Shown here: positions 8,736 to 18,693 of the stretch, piece by piece
Numbering within the stretch: the stretch's first letter is position 1
Layout: each line of letters opens with the position of its first letter
Assembly (NCBI GenBank): GCA_018302545.1
Contig: JAGVZM010000003.1
Span: 111,680 to 175,679 of the forward strand
DNA length: 64,000 nucleotides
Direction of reading: 5' to 3'
Source: Candidatus Woesearchaeota archaeon
Lineage (GTDB): Archaea; Nanobdellota; Nanobdellia; SCGC-AAA011-G17; GW2011-AR18
Made by a program: the position numbers and the translations under genes
Notes under the pieces: model-generated
Database searches by the model: none
What the model was told of the DNA's origin: nothing
What the model saw: the letters and a program-made list of their open reading frames with translations, nothing else

Positions 8736-9683
8736 ATGAAAAAGGGTTTGATTATATTTTCAATTTTAATTTTACTATTTACTGTTTCCTGTACTCCTAA
8801 GGATATAAATCAAGATTCAAATGAGACTATAAAGGTAGCACCAATAAGGACACAAGAAAATTCTACTAGTGAATGTAAACCTCCCTACTTACAAATAATA
8901 GGAGATTGTTGTTTAGATAGCAATCAAAATGGGGAATGTGATTATGGTGAAAATCCCCCATCAAATGAAGTACAGCAAACACAAGACTCTAATGAACAAC
9001 CAACTTCTCAACAAGATAATGTTCAGATACAACAACAAACTAATAAACAGGAATGCAATTCAGGAACTCCTAATCCACAGACAAATTTCTTTGTAGGAGA
9101 ACCAAGTACAACGGGCGGAAACTTAGGAGGATTAAATGGAGCAGATCAAAAATGCCAACAATGGGCTAATTCAATTGGTTTAGGAAGCAAAACGTGGAGA
9201 GCATACCTAAGTACATCATCTGTTAATGCAAGAGACAGGATAGGAAATGGTCCTTGGAGAGATTATTGTGGTAACTTAATTGCTAATAATTTAAACGAAC
9301 TACATACAAAAGGAGTTTCTGGTAATAGTATGTATGATATTAGTGGAAGTCTTATATGGTACAAAACTACAAATCAACAAGATCATGATATTTTAACAGG
9401 TTCTACTAATGAAGGAACTTTAGCTCCATTCCCAGGAAATCCAGATGCACCATCACCAACCTGTAATGATTGGACTGCTGGTGAAAACACTGGCGGATTT
9501 TATGGTATAGTTGGTCATACTGATTGGGATATTGAAGGAGGTAGTGGTTTCTGGAATAATGCTCATGAAACTTCAGAAAATGATTATGCGACTGGGCAAC
9601 ATTTAACAGATTCATCTTGTAGTCAAGTAGGATTAGGTACAACAGCAGGAAAAGGGAGAATTTACTGTTTTGCAACAAATTAA
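8736..9683 (+). CDS. Secreted lipoprotein-like protein with a DUF1554/endostatin-like C-terminal domain
   Basis: Signal plus Cys (LLFTVSC), then a Q/N/S-rich linker. The domain has GGNLGGLNGADQKCQQWA..GLGSKTWRAYLS ... CNDWT ... GRIYCF, collinear with the endostatin/DUF1554 Cys framework. Confidence 0.55.
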   Translation: MKKGLIIFSILILLFTVSCTPKDINQDSNETIKVAPIRTQENSTSECKPPYLQIIGDCCLDSNQNGECDYGENPPSNEVQQTQDSNEQPTSQQDNVQIQQQTNKQECNSGTPNPQTNFFVGEPSTTGGNLGGLNGADQKCQQWANSIGLGSKTWRAYLSTSSVNARDRIGNGPWRDYCGNLIANNLNELHTKGVSGNSMYDISGSLIWYKTTNQQDHDILTGSTNEGTLAPFPGNPDAPSPTCNDWTAGENTGGFYGIVGHTDWDIEGGSGFWNNAHETSENDYATGQHLTDSSCSQVGLGTTAGKGRIYCFATN

Positions 9684-10054
9684 AAATTTTTTACTATAAA
9701 TTCTACCATTTCTTTATTATCTGCCAATTTAAAAGCACTTAAAGATTTTTTAATCTCTCCTTCTTTTAAAAAATCTTCACCTAATTTATTTAAACCTTCT
9801 TTATGTTCAGAAAAACTAAATGCTTTAAATGCAAACTCCAAATAATTTCTCTCTAAGCATAAAAAACCAATCTTGCTTAATTTATCATTATTTTTTGTAA
9901 TCCTAAAAGTATAAATAGCTTCTAAAAATTGCTCTTTCATAAGGTAATTATCTCCTGTTTTCTCAAAAGAAGGAAACAAACCTTCAGGAATATTCATGTT
10001 CTCAAAATTATCTTTCTTAATTAATTCTCTAACAACCAAATTTAAATCTTCCAT
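9680..10054 (-). CDS. Hypothetical protein (helical, TPR-like?)
   Basis: ORF-track support only. Confidence 0.35.
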   Translation of the reverse strand: MEDLNLVVRELIKKDNFENMNIPEGLFPSFEKTGDNYLMKEQFLEAIYTFRITKNNDKLSKIGFLCLERNYLEFAFKAFSFSEHKEGLNKLGEDFLKEGEIKKSLSAFKLADNKEMVEFIVKNF

Positions 10055-10084
10055 AAAAAAAGAAAGGGATTTACCTATAAATAT

Positions 10085-10930
10085 CTATTGTTCTTTAATA
10101 TCCTTAAAAGTAAATTCTTCCTTTTGAGAAAGTAAAGAAAATGCTTCCTGCCAATGAGTATCTAAACCAAAAGAAATTGAATAAGGCAAAAATTCATTAA
10201 ACAATCTCCCTTCTTCCAAAGGATGTTTCTTTAAAAAATCAAATAAATCCTGATATTTAGCTCTAATACTTTTAATATTATTCTCTTTATAATTAATCTT
10301 TTGATTTGCAATTTTTGTTGTTTTGAATATACTAAAAAATAATATTAAAATAGATAAAACAAAAAAACCTATAATAAAAAGAAGAGTATAAATAATTTTG
10401 CCAGTTATAAAAAAGTAAGCAACAGATATGGATAAAAGCCATAATATACAAAACAATTGTACTATTAAAATAATAATCATAGTTGATTTAAATCTCTGCC
10501 AATCTTCAATAGTTTTAACAGTTTTCCCATTAGATCCAAAAATAACCTGGTTCTTAGGATTATTAATATAAAATTCAACGTTTTCATCTTCAATATTAAA
10601 ATCCACCTTATCTTCTTTTATTGTTCTTTCAATAAGATCATGTAAACTCCTTTTTGCTAATGTATCTTTTAATTCAGAAATACTTATTTCATTTTTTCCA
10701 TTAAATAAAATTTTTAAAAATTCTTGTTCAAATTCAGATCTTGGATTTAATTTATGAAGTGTTAATTTTTTTACTTTCATTTTTTCCCAATCTGAAGTTT
10801 TGGGATAAAAATCTATATAATCTCTAACAATAAGGTCTAAAATTGTTGCTATAACTTCCCTATTTCCAACTCTTCCATCAATAACATAACCTGCAATTCC
10901 AGGTTTAAGATTTTTTAATCTTTGATTCAT
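10085..10930 (-). CDS. DUF2207-like membrane protein
   Basis: The N-terminal LKPGIAGYVIDGRVGNREVIATILDLIVRDYIDF resembles the DUF2207 central motif. Three TM helices lie mid-protein. Confidence 0.45.
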   Translation of the reverse strand: MNQRLKNLKPGIAGYVIDGRVGNREVIATILDLIVRDYIDFYPKTSDWEKMKVKKLTLHKLNPRSEFEQEFLKILFNGKNEISISELKDTLAKRSLHDLIERTIKEDKVDFNIEDENVEFYINNPKNQVIFGSNGKTVKTIEDWQRFKSTMIIILIVQLFCILWLLSISVAYFFITGKIIYTLLFIIGFFVLSILILFFSIFKTTKIANQKINYKENNIKSIRAKYQDLFDFLKKHPLEEGRLFNEFLPYSISFGLDTHWQEAFSLLSQKEEFTFKDIKEQ

Positions 10931-10986
10931 ATATTATTTATCTTTTATTTATTTATAAATTAAACTCTGCTTTATAGTGAATAATC

Positions 10987-11442
10987 TTAAAATTTATCTA
11001 ACTCATCCAAAACTAATAATGTTTCTGTGCTGCTTACACCTTCTATCTTTCTCAAATCCTCAGTAATTAACTTATTTAACATATCAACACCAGTAGTTCT
11101 TATTTTGAGGATGATATCAACTCCTCCAGTGACCATAGCAACATCCTCTACATCACTTCTCTGCTTAATCTTAGCAGCTAAACCCTTTTGTGTCAAATCC
11201 CCCTTATTTAATAGTAAATAATCTACTTTTAATAAAATATAAGCACAGATAATATTTCCAAGCTTTTCATTATCAATAACAACAGAATATCCTTTTATAA
11301 TGCCTTCATTCTCTAATTTTCTTACCCTGTGATGTACTGTTGTAGTAGGCATCAAGAGCTTTTTTGCAATACCTCTATAGGACAATTTGCTGTTTTCTTT
11401 TAAAACTCTTAGAATATCTCTATCTGTATTGTCTATTTTCAT
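10987..11442 (-). CDS. Lrp/AsnC family transcriptional regulator
   Basis: N-terminal HTH DILRVLKENSKLSYRGIAKKLLMPTTTVHHRVRKLENEGII plus a C-terminal RAM domain. 151 aa. Confidence 0.85.
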   Translation of the reverse strand: MKIDNTDRDILRVLKENSKLSYRGIAKKLLMPTTTVHHRVRKLENEGIIKGYSVVIDNEKLGNIICAYILLKVDYLLLNKGDLTQKGLAAKIKQRSDVEDVAMVTGGVDIILKIRTTGVDMLNKLITEDLRKIEGVSSTETLLVLDELDKF

Positions 11443-11505
11443 TAAAGATACAAATGTTCAAATATTATATAAACTTTTGTATTTATTAATTAAATAGACT
11501 TAAAA

Positions 11506-12003
11506 TTAATATTTTTTTCTATCACCTAAAGAAATTTGTTGTATAAATCTATCAGAACTAGATCCAGATGCAGGCATTCTCAAATATGGTTCTTTATTCA
11601 TTTCTTCATCAGCAATTTTTGCCCAACAATTAAACATCCCAATTAAGTTAGAAGTATGTCCTCTAAAATTTTCTATATCTGTTTTAGCACTCATTAGCAT
11701 ATCAGCTAATCTATCTAAAGATTTCTCAGGAGTCTTATCTTCCAAATAAATATGTGCAATTTCTAAAGCTAAATTATATCCATTCCATCCACTAGTCAAA
11801 GGGTTTCTAGGAGTGTATCCATCTCCCCCGCATACCAATTTTATTTCTTCTCCTATATCAAATAAGGAATCTATAGAATCTTCATATCCCAGTCTCATCT
11901 CAGCAACAATTTCACAAAACTGAACTAATCCTAAAGCCTGAAACTTTATGCTCTTATAGTGGTTTTGATAAGCTATTCTTTCTAATTCTGTATGGTCTAT
12001 CAT
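11506..12003 (-). CDS. Hypothetical protein
   Basis: ORF-track support only. Confidence 0.35.
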   Translation of the reverse strand: MIDHTELERIAYQNHYKSIKFQALGLVQFCEIVAEMRLGYEDSIDSLFDIGEEIKLVCGGDGYTPRNPLTSGWNGYNLALEIAHIYLEDKTPEKSLDRLADMLMSAKTDIENFRGHTSNLIGMFNCWAKIADEEMNKEPYLRMPASGSSSDRFIQQISLGDRKKY

Positions 12004-12048
12004 TTAATAAATTATAAAAGAAAAGATTAAAAAACTATTTATGAATAA

Positions 12049-12142
12049 CGCCGACGGTAGGATTCGAACCTACAGATCCTTGCGGAAGGCAGTTTTCGAG
12101 ATTCAGCATGGTTCTGCTGCCCGACCATTAGGCGACGTCGGC
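12049..12142 (-). tRNA. tRNA-Ser(CGA) with a predicted 12-nt intron inside the 5' strand of the anticodon stem (about position 30/31)
   Basis: The minus strand reads GCCGACG TC GCCT AATGGTC GGGC A GCAG [AACCATGCTGAA] T CTCGAAA ACTGC CTTCCGCAAGGATCT GTAGG TTCGAAT CCTAC CGTCGGC G. There is a 7-bp acceptor, a GTTCGAATC T-arm, a long variable arm (class II) and discriminator G. The cloverleaf closes only if the bracketed 12 nt are removed. Confidence 0.75.
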
Positions 12143-12179
12143 ATATTAAGAAACAATTAGTTAAGTATTAAATAAGTTT

Positions 12180-12845
12180 CTAAAATAAAGGTTTATTATC
12201 AATAAGACTTTTAATAGTTTCATAAGCTTTAATTAAAATTCCATTTTTAAAAAGTAGTATAACTTCAGATCCTAGTGTATGCATAGATTGTATTGAAATA
12301 TTTCTTAAAGCTAAAGCTCTAGTTATTTGATAATATATTCCAGGTACATCTTTAGTATATCCTTCAAAGTTAATTGTAACATACCCTAAATTATCTTTTT
12401 CAGAAGTTATTTTTTTATTTTTCAAAATAGTTTTTAAAGCACTTTTATTGTATTGATTCGTCAATAAAACAGTTTCATAATTTGCATCAACTACAGATAA
12501 AAAAGTACCAATTTGGTTACCCAATTTTGACCTTATTTTGATTAACAGCTCTGAAAGATCAGAATCTCTTTTAATAGCAACCTCATAAATTTCAGATCTA
12601 GTGGAAACTTCTAAATTAGTAGGAAATTTCCAATCAAATATTTTATTTCTAGAAAAATTCTCAGAAACTCTCCTAATAGCCATACTAACAGCACTAACTT
12701 TGATTTTTTTGTTAAGGCTAGTTTCTATAATAGGATGTAACTTTAAAGCAAGCGCATTTATATTAACTAGGTCTTGTTGAATTAAATCTAAAAATAATAT
12801 ATTCTTTTGTAATTCTTCCTTAACTAAATTTTGGGTAGTTACCAT
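12180..12845 (-). CDS. Hypothetical protein, possible C-terminal ACT-like domain
   Basis: ORF track; weak ACT-like beta-alpha-beta pattern at the C-terminus. Confidence 0.3.
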   Translation of the reverse strand: MVTTQNLVKEELQKNILFLDLIQQDLVNINALALKLHPIIETSLNKKIKVSAVSMAIRRVSENFSRNKIFDWKFPTNLEVSTRSEIYEVAIKRDSDLSELLIKIRSKLGNQIGTFLSVVDANYETVLLTNQYNKSALKTILKNKKITSEKDNLGYVTINFEGYTKDVPGIYYQITRALALRNISIQSMHTLGSEVILLFKNGILIKAYETIKSLIDNKPLF

Positions 12846-12929
12846 AAAGATAAATAGAAAAATAAAATTTATAAGCTTTGTTAAAATTTTAACATTAAGT
12901 TAATATAATAAATAATGTCGAATTGGTAA

Positions 12930-13325
12930 ATGAGGATCTCTATAATAGTAGATGAAAATTCGGGACTTGGATTTATAACAAATGCAGTTGCATGTATATC
13001 TTCAGGACTATTTTACGATGAAAAAGATCTATTAGGAACTTCTATTGAAGGAGAAAATTTCACATATATTCCAATCACTAAAATCCCTATAATGATTTTT
13101 AAAAGAAATAAGAAGGATTGGGAAGAGTTACTAAAAAGAGCAAAAAGAAATAAATTAAAGTATATGGTATTTACAAGAGAAGGGCAATCTACAACAAATT
13201 ATGAAGAATATATCTCACGTGTTAAAGGAAAGCCAATGAGTCAAGTGAACGTGATTGCTTTTGGCGTTTTAGGAGAGGATAATTTAATAAATAGTTTTTC
13301 TGGAGATCTAGCCTTACTAAAGTAA
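12930..13325 (+). CDS. DUF2000 family protein
   Basis: ISIIVDENSGLGFITNAVACISSGL ... MVFTREGQSTTNYEEY ... FGVLGEDNLINSFSGDLALL is collinear with DUF2000. Confidence 0.55.
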   Translation: MRISIIVDENSGLGFITNAVACISSGLFYDEKDLLGTSIEGENFTYIPITKIPIMIFKRNKKDWEELLKRAKRNKLKYMVFTREGQSTTNYEEYISRVKGKPMSQVNVIAFGVLGEDNLINSFSGDLALLK

Positions 13326-13362
13326 TAAAAACATATTTAAACTTATTAAAGTTTTAAGGATT

Positions 13363-14091
13363 ATGTCATCAGACAGGATTTTAGAACTATTAACAAAAGA
13401 GGATGAAATAACTTGGCAGACAATTCTTTTAGATTTAGTAAAATCAGGAGAAATAGATCCTTGGAATATTAATATTTCAGAACTAGCAAATAAGTATCTA
13501 AATATAGTAAGAAAATTGCAAGAAGCCAATCTTTTCATTTCAGGAAAAGTATTACTTGCATCAGCAATTCTTTTAAGAATTAAATCTCAAAGATTAATAA
13601 TAGAGGATATATCTTCATTAGACGAACTAATGTTTCCTCAAGATATAGAAGAGTTAGATGATTTCATAAATCCACAAGGAAAACAGAGGCTTTCTTTAGA
13701 TGCAGAACCACAACTAACAATCAAAACACCTCAAGCAAGGAAAAAGAGAGTAGAAATGGATGATTTAATATCTGCATTAGAAAGAGCATTAGAAGTTAAT
13801 GAAAGAAGATTATTTAGAATAGCAGAAAAAGACAGAATACCAGACGAATTAAAAATTCCAGAGAAGAAAATAGATATTACAAAATTAATAGAGATTTTGC
13901 ATGAAAAAATAGTTGAAATGTTTAAAAAGAAACCAACATTAACATTTACTGAATTAGTCGGAAGTGATAGAAGAGAAGACAAAATACTAACATTTGTTCC
14001 ATTACTACATTTAGATAATATAGAAAGAGTAAATTTAAGCCAAGAACAACATTTAGGTGAAATAAATATCAGACTAATACAAAAATTATGA
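13363..14091 (+). CDS. scpA: Segregation and condensation protein A (kleisin)
   Basis: N-terminal ILELLTKEDEITWQTILLDLVKSGEIDPWNINISELANKYL and a C-terminal winged-helix part. The length is typical. Confidence 0.75.
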   Translation: MSSDRILELLTKEDEITWQTILLDLVKSGEIDPWNINISELANKYLNIVRKLQEANLFISGKVLLASAILLRIKSQRLIIEDISSLDELMFPQDIEELDDFINPQGKQRLSLDAEPQLTIKTPQARKKRVEMDDLISALERALEVNERRLFRIAEKDRIPDELKIPEKKIDITKLIEILHEKIVEMFKKKPTLTFTELVGSDRREDKILTFVPLLHLDNIERVNLSQEQHLGEINIRLIQKL

Positions 14092-14576
14092 AAATTCTAA
14101 AAGGTCAAGAAGAAAAAAATGCAATGAATTATATAATGATTACAAGAGAATTAGCTAAACAATCAAAGTGCAAGGATCATAAATGTGGTTCTATAATTGT
14201 AAAAGATAATAAAATTATAGGACAAGGCTTTAATTCTCCACCAAAAAACTTAGAATCACAAAGAAGATGTGATATAAGTAAAGAGAATTATGATAAAAAA
14301 GTCACAGATAAGACTTGTTGTATACATGCTGAACAAAGAGCAATATTAGACGCATTAATAAATAATCCAGATAAACTAAAAAACTCTAGACTATATTTTA
14401 CGAGAATAGACAAAAACAATGAATTAATATCTTCTGGAAAACCATATTGCACAATTTGTTCCAAAATGACTCTAGATGTTGGAATATCAGAATTTATATT
14501 GTCTCATGAAAATGGAGTATATATTTATAATACAGAAGAATATAATGATCTTTCTTTTAATTTTAAATCTTCTTAA
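14088..14576 (+). CDS. dCMP / cytidine-deoxycytidylate deaminase family protein
   Basis: Zinc motifs CIHAEQRAI and PYCTICSKM. Confidence 0.8.
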   Translation: MKILKGQEEKNAMNYIMITRELAKQSKCKDHKCGSIIVKDNKIIGQGFNSPPKNLESQRRCDISKENYDKKVTDKTCCIHAEQRAILDALINNPDKLKNSRLYFTRIDKNNELISSGKPYCTICSKMTLDVGISEFILSHENGVYIYNTEEYNDLSFNFKSS

Positions 14577-15405
14577 TCTTATTATTGAAATAACAATTAA
14601 ATAAGAACAATTGTAACCATGCATTAACAATTATAGAAATAATAAATCCAATAATAAAGAAGGGGATCATTACCCAAACCAATATAGGAAATATTCTAGC
14701 AGGCCAGCTTATGAATTCAGATATAATTTTAATAATCAGATTTATCCCAATAGTTATAGCCCAAGGTATAATAACTAATCCAAAATTTTCTTTAGTAAAC
14801 ATAATTGACTTCTTAATTAAAGCAACTGCAGAATTAATTTTAGTTTGCGATAGAATTGGCATTAAATAAAAAAAACCAAATGAAAAGATTAAGGCGAGTA
14901 TAATAACATACAAAACTCCTAACAATCCAAAGAAAATTGCAAGGCCAATACCTAAAGGTTTGCTTGCTAAAAAAGCCAATAAAACTAATGAAGCCAAAAC
15001 GAATATAGGAACAATAAACAAAAGAATTTGAATTAGTTTTACCCTAAACAAAACAAATGTAAAATTCTTAAAACCACCCCACATATCTTGCGCAAGCGCT
15101 TTATTCTTAGTTACAGCTTTATTTAGAATTCCAACATACATTCCTTCAATAGAACTTCCTATTAAGATAAGTAATAAAAGATCAATTATTCCAAAAAATA
15201 TAATATAACTAATAATAAACGGATTAAAATACCAATTTTGTTCCAAAGCAAATCCCAATAAGAAAAATAATCCAATCTCTAAACCAACAATTACAGCCAA
15301 TGCTATCAAAAATAATAAACTATAAAGTAAAGGCAGAAATATGATCAAATTACTCTTTAGATCATTCCAGCTTTTCTTTAACAATAAGCCATATCTAACA
15401 TCCAT
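14563..15405 (-). CDS. Polytopic membrane protein, hypothetical
   Basis: About 7 hydrophobic helices. ORF track. Confidence 0.45.
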   Translation of the reverse strand: MDVRYGLLLKKSWNDLKSNLIIFLPLLYSLLFLIALAVIVGLEIGLFFLLGFALEQNWYFNPFIISYIIFFGIIDLLLLILIGSSIEGMYVGILNKAVTKNKALAQDMWGGFKNFTFVLFRVKLIQILLFIVPIFVLASLVLLAFLASKPLGIGLAIFFGLLGVLYVIILALIFSFGFFYLMPILSQTKINSAVALIKKSIMFTKENFGLVIIPWAITIGINLIIKIISEFISWPARIFPILVWVMIPFFIIGFIISIIVNAWLQLFLFNCYFNNKIKKI

Positions 15406-15520
15406 CTTAGTTTATCCCCAATTAAAACTTATAAAGCTTTTTATCCAGAATTTATTATTACTATCAAAACATTTATATAATGAATAAACTCTGGATCTTT
15501 AATAAAAGGAGGCGAAAATT

Positions 15521-16135
15521 ATGGATATTGTAGAATCAATAAAAAGGCCATTCTCAGATATTAAAAAATGGATTATTGGTTGTTTATTAATGATAATCCC
15601 TATAGTTAACCTATTTTCATTAGGTTATATTTTGGAGTCAGCAAGACTCTCTCTAGGAAAAAAGAGAGATCTTCCAGAATGGGATAATTGGGGTAATCTC
15701 TTTATTGCAGGATTATTGAATACTGTGATAGGATTTATTTATTTATTAATTCCCGGAATATTACTAGTTATAGCTTTAGGAACCTTACTATTAAGTATGT
15801 TTTCTGGTGAAGGTTTTAATTTTGGAGCTTTATTAGCAGCAGGTCCTTTGTTTATTTTAGCATTTGTTCTTGGATTATTTGCTATATACATCTTACCATC
15901 AGCTATACTAAACTGGGTAAAAGAAGATAGGTTTGGAGCTGCTTTTAGTTTCGGAACCATCCTCAAAAAAGCATTCACAGGAAAATATTTTGTTGCTTGG
16001 ATTGTTGGAGCAATAATAAATGTAGTTGTAGTAAGTATATTGAGTTTCATACCTTTTGTAGGTGGTGCTATAGGATCATTTACAGGGATGATAATATCTT
16101 ATACTTTATTAGGAGAAGCAGTAGCTGAATTATAA
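15521..16135 (+). CDS. DUF4013 family membrane protein
   Basis: The N-terminus IKRPFSDIKKWIIGCLLMIIPIVNLFSLGYILESARL....LPEWDNWGNLFIAGL is the DUF4013 signature. A GGAGG SD precedes it. Confidence 0.6.
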   Translation: MDIVESIKRPFSDIKKWIIGCLLMIIPIVNLFSLGYILESARLSLGKKRDLPEWDNWGNLFIAGLLNTVIGFIYLLIPGILLVIALGTLLLSMFSGEGFNFGALLAAGPLFILAFVLGLFAIYILPSAILNWVKEDRFGAAFSFGTILKKAFTGKYFVAWIVGAIINVVVVSILSFIPFVGGAIGSFTGMIISYTLLGEAVAEL

Positions 16136-16136
16136 A

Positions 16137-16442
16137 ATGGCAACGAAGAAAAAAACAACTAAAAAGACAGCTGTAAAAGAAACAGTAAAACCAATGCCTA
16201 AACAAATGTCTGGAAAAAAACCAGATAAGACATTAGCAATAATAGGTTTATTAATAAATGTCTTAATATTTCCAGGATTAGGAACAATAATAGGAGGAAA
16301 AACAAAAACAGGAATAATTCAATTAGTCCTGATGGTTGTTAGTATACCCCTAATGTTAGTTTTAATTGGTTTCTTATTGGCTTTTGGAATTTGGATATGG
16401 GGAATAGTCTCTGGAGTCCAATTAATTCAAGAAGCACAATAA
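16137..16442 (+). CDS. Small membrane protein with a Lys-rich N-terminus
   Basis: Two TM helices. Tightly coupled to the upstream gene (1-nt gap). Confidence 0.45.
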   Translation: MATKKKTTKKTAVKETVKPMPKQMSGKKPDKTLAIIGLLINVLIFPGLGTIIGGKTKTGIIQLVLMVVSIPLMLVLIGFLLAFGIWIWGIVSGVQLIQEAQ

Positions 16443-16459
16443 TTTTTTTATTTTTTTTT
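16443..16459 (+). terminator. Oligo-T tract (T7-A-T9), probable archaeal intrinsic terminator
   Basis: Sits immediately after the stop codon at 16440-16442. Archaeal RNA polymerase terminates at T-runs. Confidence 0.4.
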
Positions 16460-16498
16460 CAGTTAATTTTATATAATTCTATTTTATTTTGATTTTCA

Positions 16499-17041
16499 AT
16501 GGGATATCTTAAATCTGCATTAGAAATAATAATCTGTAATGAAAAAATAATTTCTAAAATTTCAAATGATAAAAATGCAACAAAATGGGCGATTTTAATA
16601 CCTATCTTAGTTGGAATAGTATCATCAATAATAGGTCTATTAGCAAATTTATTGCTTTCTAGTATTGCACCAGAATTAAACACAACAACAAATTATCTTT
16701 TGATTTTATCCTATCCAATTACAACTTTAATTATGGTTTTAATTTGGACAACAATAATTTGGATTTTATCTAAACTATTCAGAGGAAAAGGGACATTTAT
16801 AGGCTTATTTAGAAACTTTGGTTTATCCTCAATTTTATTTATCTTTGGGGCAGTTCCTATAGTTGGTCTTTTAACAGGAGTTTGGGGAGTAGTAACATCA
16901 ATTTTTATAGTTAAATCCTCTCAGAAATTATCTGGCGGAAAAGCAACTTTAGTAGTTTTAATCCCAATAATTTTATTATTTTTATTATACGCTATTATTT
17001 TCGCATTTCTAGTTTCTTCAATGGCCCAACTTATTCAATAA
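16499..17041 (+). CDS. Yip1-domain-like membrane protein
   Basis: Five TM helices and a short cytosolic N-terminus, with overall Yip1/DUF1282 topology. Confidence 0.4.
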   Translation: MGYLKSALEIIICNEKIISKISNDKNATKWAILIPILVGIVSSIIGLLANLLLSSIAPELNTTTNYLLILSYPITTLIMVLIWTTIIWILSKLFRGKGTFIGLFRNFGLSSILFIFGAVPIVGLLTGVWGVVTSIFIVKSSQKLSGGKATLVVLIPIILLFLLYAIIFAFLVSSMAQLIQ

Positions 17042-18693
17042 TCTAAACCAAACAAATCAGTTAAATTTATCTCTAAAGCAACAATTGGAAGTTCTAAACC
17101 AAAATTGCTAATAACTTTAGGATGAATCTCTCCTATGTAAGCAATATCTTTTCCATCTACAGAAACTCTTCCAACTCTTCCAGGAATAAAACTAAAGTGT
17201 TCTTCTTCTCTAATTTTATATTTTAAACCAAGACTATTCATTAAATGATCTAAAATTTGTTTAATCTCAGTATAATTTGCATTAGTATGACAACTAATAC
17301 AAGCCAACCTTAAAACATTTCTAGATTTAACATCTTTACTATCATCCGGAATTACAACTTCACTAACCTCAAATATTTTTTGTGGATATTCTAAACTTCT
17401 ATTATGCATTAAACATTTCATTAATTCAGGAATTAACCATACCCTAACCATATTCAAGGTTTTTTCAGCACTTCCACCTAAATCAATATGATTAAACTCT
17501 TGAATATTCATATTTTCAAATTGATCTTGTTTGTTGCTCAATATCAAAGTAAATACTTCTTGATAACCTAATCCAATCATTAATTTAGTGAGTTCTTCTT
17601 TAATTACGACAGAAGGCCTTGTCCCACCTATAGAACTAACAGGCTTCATTCTTAATTCAAAATTGTTAAATCCATAAGCCCTAGCAATGTCATCTATAAC
17701 ATCTACATCATGCCAAATATCACTTCTAGTTCCAGGAACATTAATCTTCAAAAAAGATTCATTACTAGAATTAACTTTATAACCCATCTTCTCCAATAGT
17801 TTCCCAACTTCTTTAGAATTAAAATCAGTTCCCAAAACTTTATTCACATCATTAATTTTAATTGTTCTTTTCTCTTCTGTAAAATCAGGACTAACAACTT
17901 TTTTATTATCATATACTATATCTATAGAGTATGCTTTTCCACCCATATCAATTAAAGCACCAACTAAAACTTGTAAAGCTATATTTATTGTTTTTAAATC
18001 TAATCCAGTAGCCTCAACAAATACATCAGTAGTATTCTCTGTTATTTTTCCCATATCATGAGAATTAACTATTGGCGGCATGCTCATAATAGTGTTACTA
18101 GAATCTATAAATACAGGCAATCTTTTCCAATTTTCACATATATGTCTATATTCTATTCCAGTTGGGTGTCTTTCTAAGACCTCTTCTCCAGTTATAATGT
18201 CAGGATATTCTAAAGGCCTATACTTAATCTTTTTAGGATCTAAACAAGTAAATGTAATTGGAAACTTAATTTTTTCCAAAGGATATAATCCAAGCCCACC
18301 TTTTTTTCTATGCCTTAAAAAAGTTGCCCCTAATTTTTCTTGAATCCTTATAACTTCTTTAATTTTTTCATCATCAAATTTTAAACCTTTAACAATTGCT
18401 GCAACAGCATAAGGCCATTCTCCAATCATATTTTTTACAATAACCTTATTTCCAGATTTTTCAATTTTATAATCTTGAACTTTTAATCCCAAATAACTCC
18501 TTAAGGCCCTAGCCAGACCCTGAGTACTTATTAAATCAGATCTTTCAGCACTTATATCTACTTTTAATTCATCACCTTCTGCATGCTCCAAATCAAAACC
18601 AAGATTAAACAAGATTTCTTTCAAATTTTCCAAATCAATCTTCTTACCAACATACTTATTTAATTCTGAATGTTTTGTCTCAACAGTTACCAT
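17035..18693 (-). CDS. pheT: Phenylalanine--tRNA ligase beta subunit (archaeal type)
   Basis: 552 aa with B3/4 and B5 domain patterns. Overlaps pheS by 7 nt. Confidence 0.85.
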   Translation of the reverse strand: MVTVETKHSELNKYVGKKIDLENLKEILFNLGFDLEHAEGDELKVDISAERSDLISTQGLARALRSYLGLKVQDYKIEKSGNKVIVKNMIGEWPYAVAAIVKGLKFDDEKIKEVIRIQEKLGATFLRHRKKGGLGLYPLEKIKFPITFTCLDPKKIKYRPLEYPDIITGEEVLERHPTGIEYRHICENWKRLPVFIDSSNTIMSMPPIVNSHDMGKITENTTDVFVEATGLDLKTINIALQVLVGALIDMGGKAYSIDIVYDNKKVVSPDFTEEKRTIKINDVNKVLGTDFNSKEVGKLLEKMGYKVNSSNESFLKINVPGTRSDIWHDVDVIDDIARAYGFNNFELRMKPVSSIGGTRPSVVIKEELTKLMIGLGYQEVFTLILSNKQDQFENMNIQEFNHIDLGGSAEKTLNMVRVWLIPELMKCLMHNRSLEYPQKIFEVSEVVIPDDSKDVKSRNVLRLACISCHTNANYTEIKQILDHLMNSLGLKYKIREEEHFSFIPGRVGRVSVDGKDIAYIGEIHPKVISNFGLELPIVALEINLTDLFGLDY

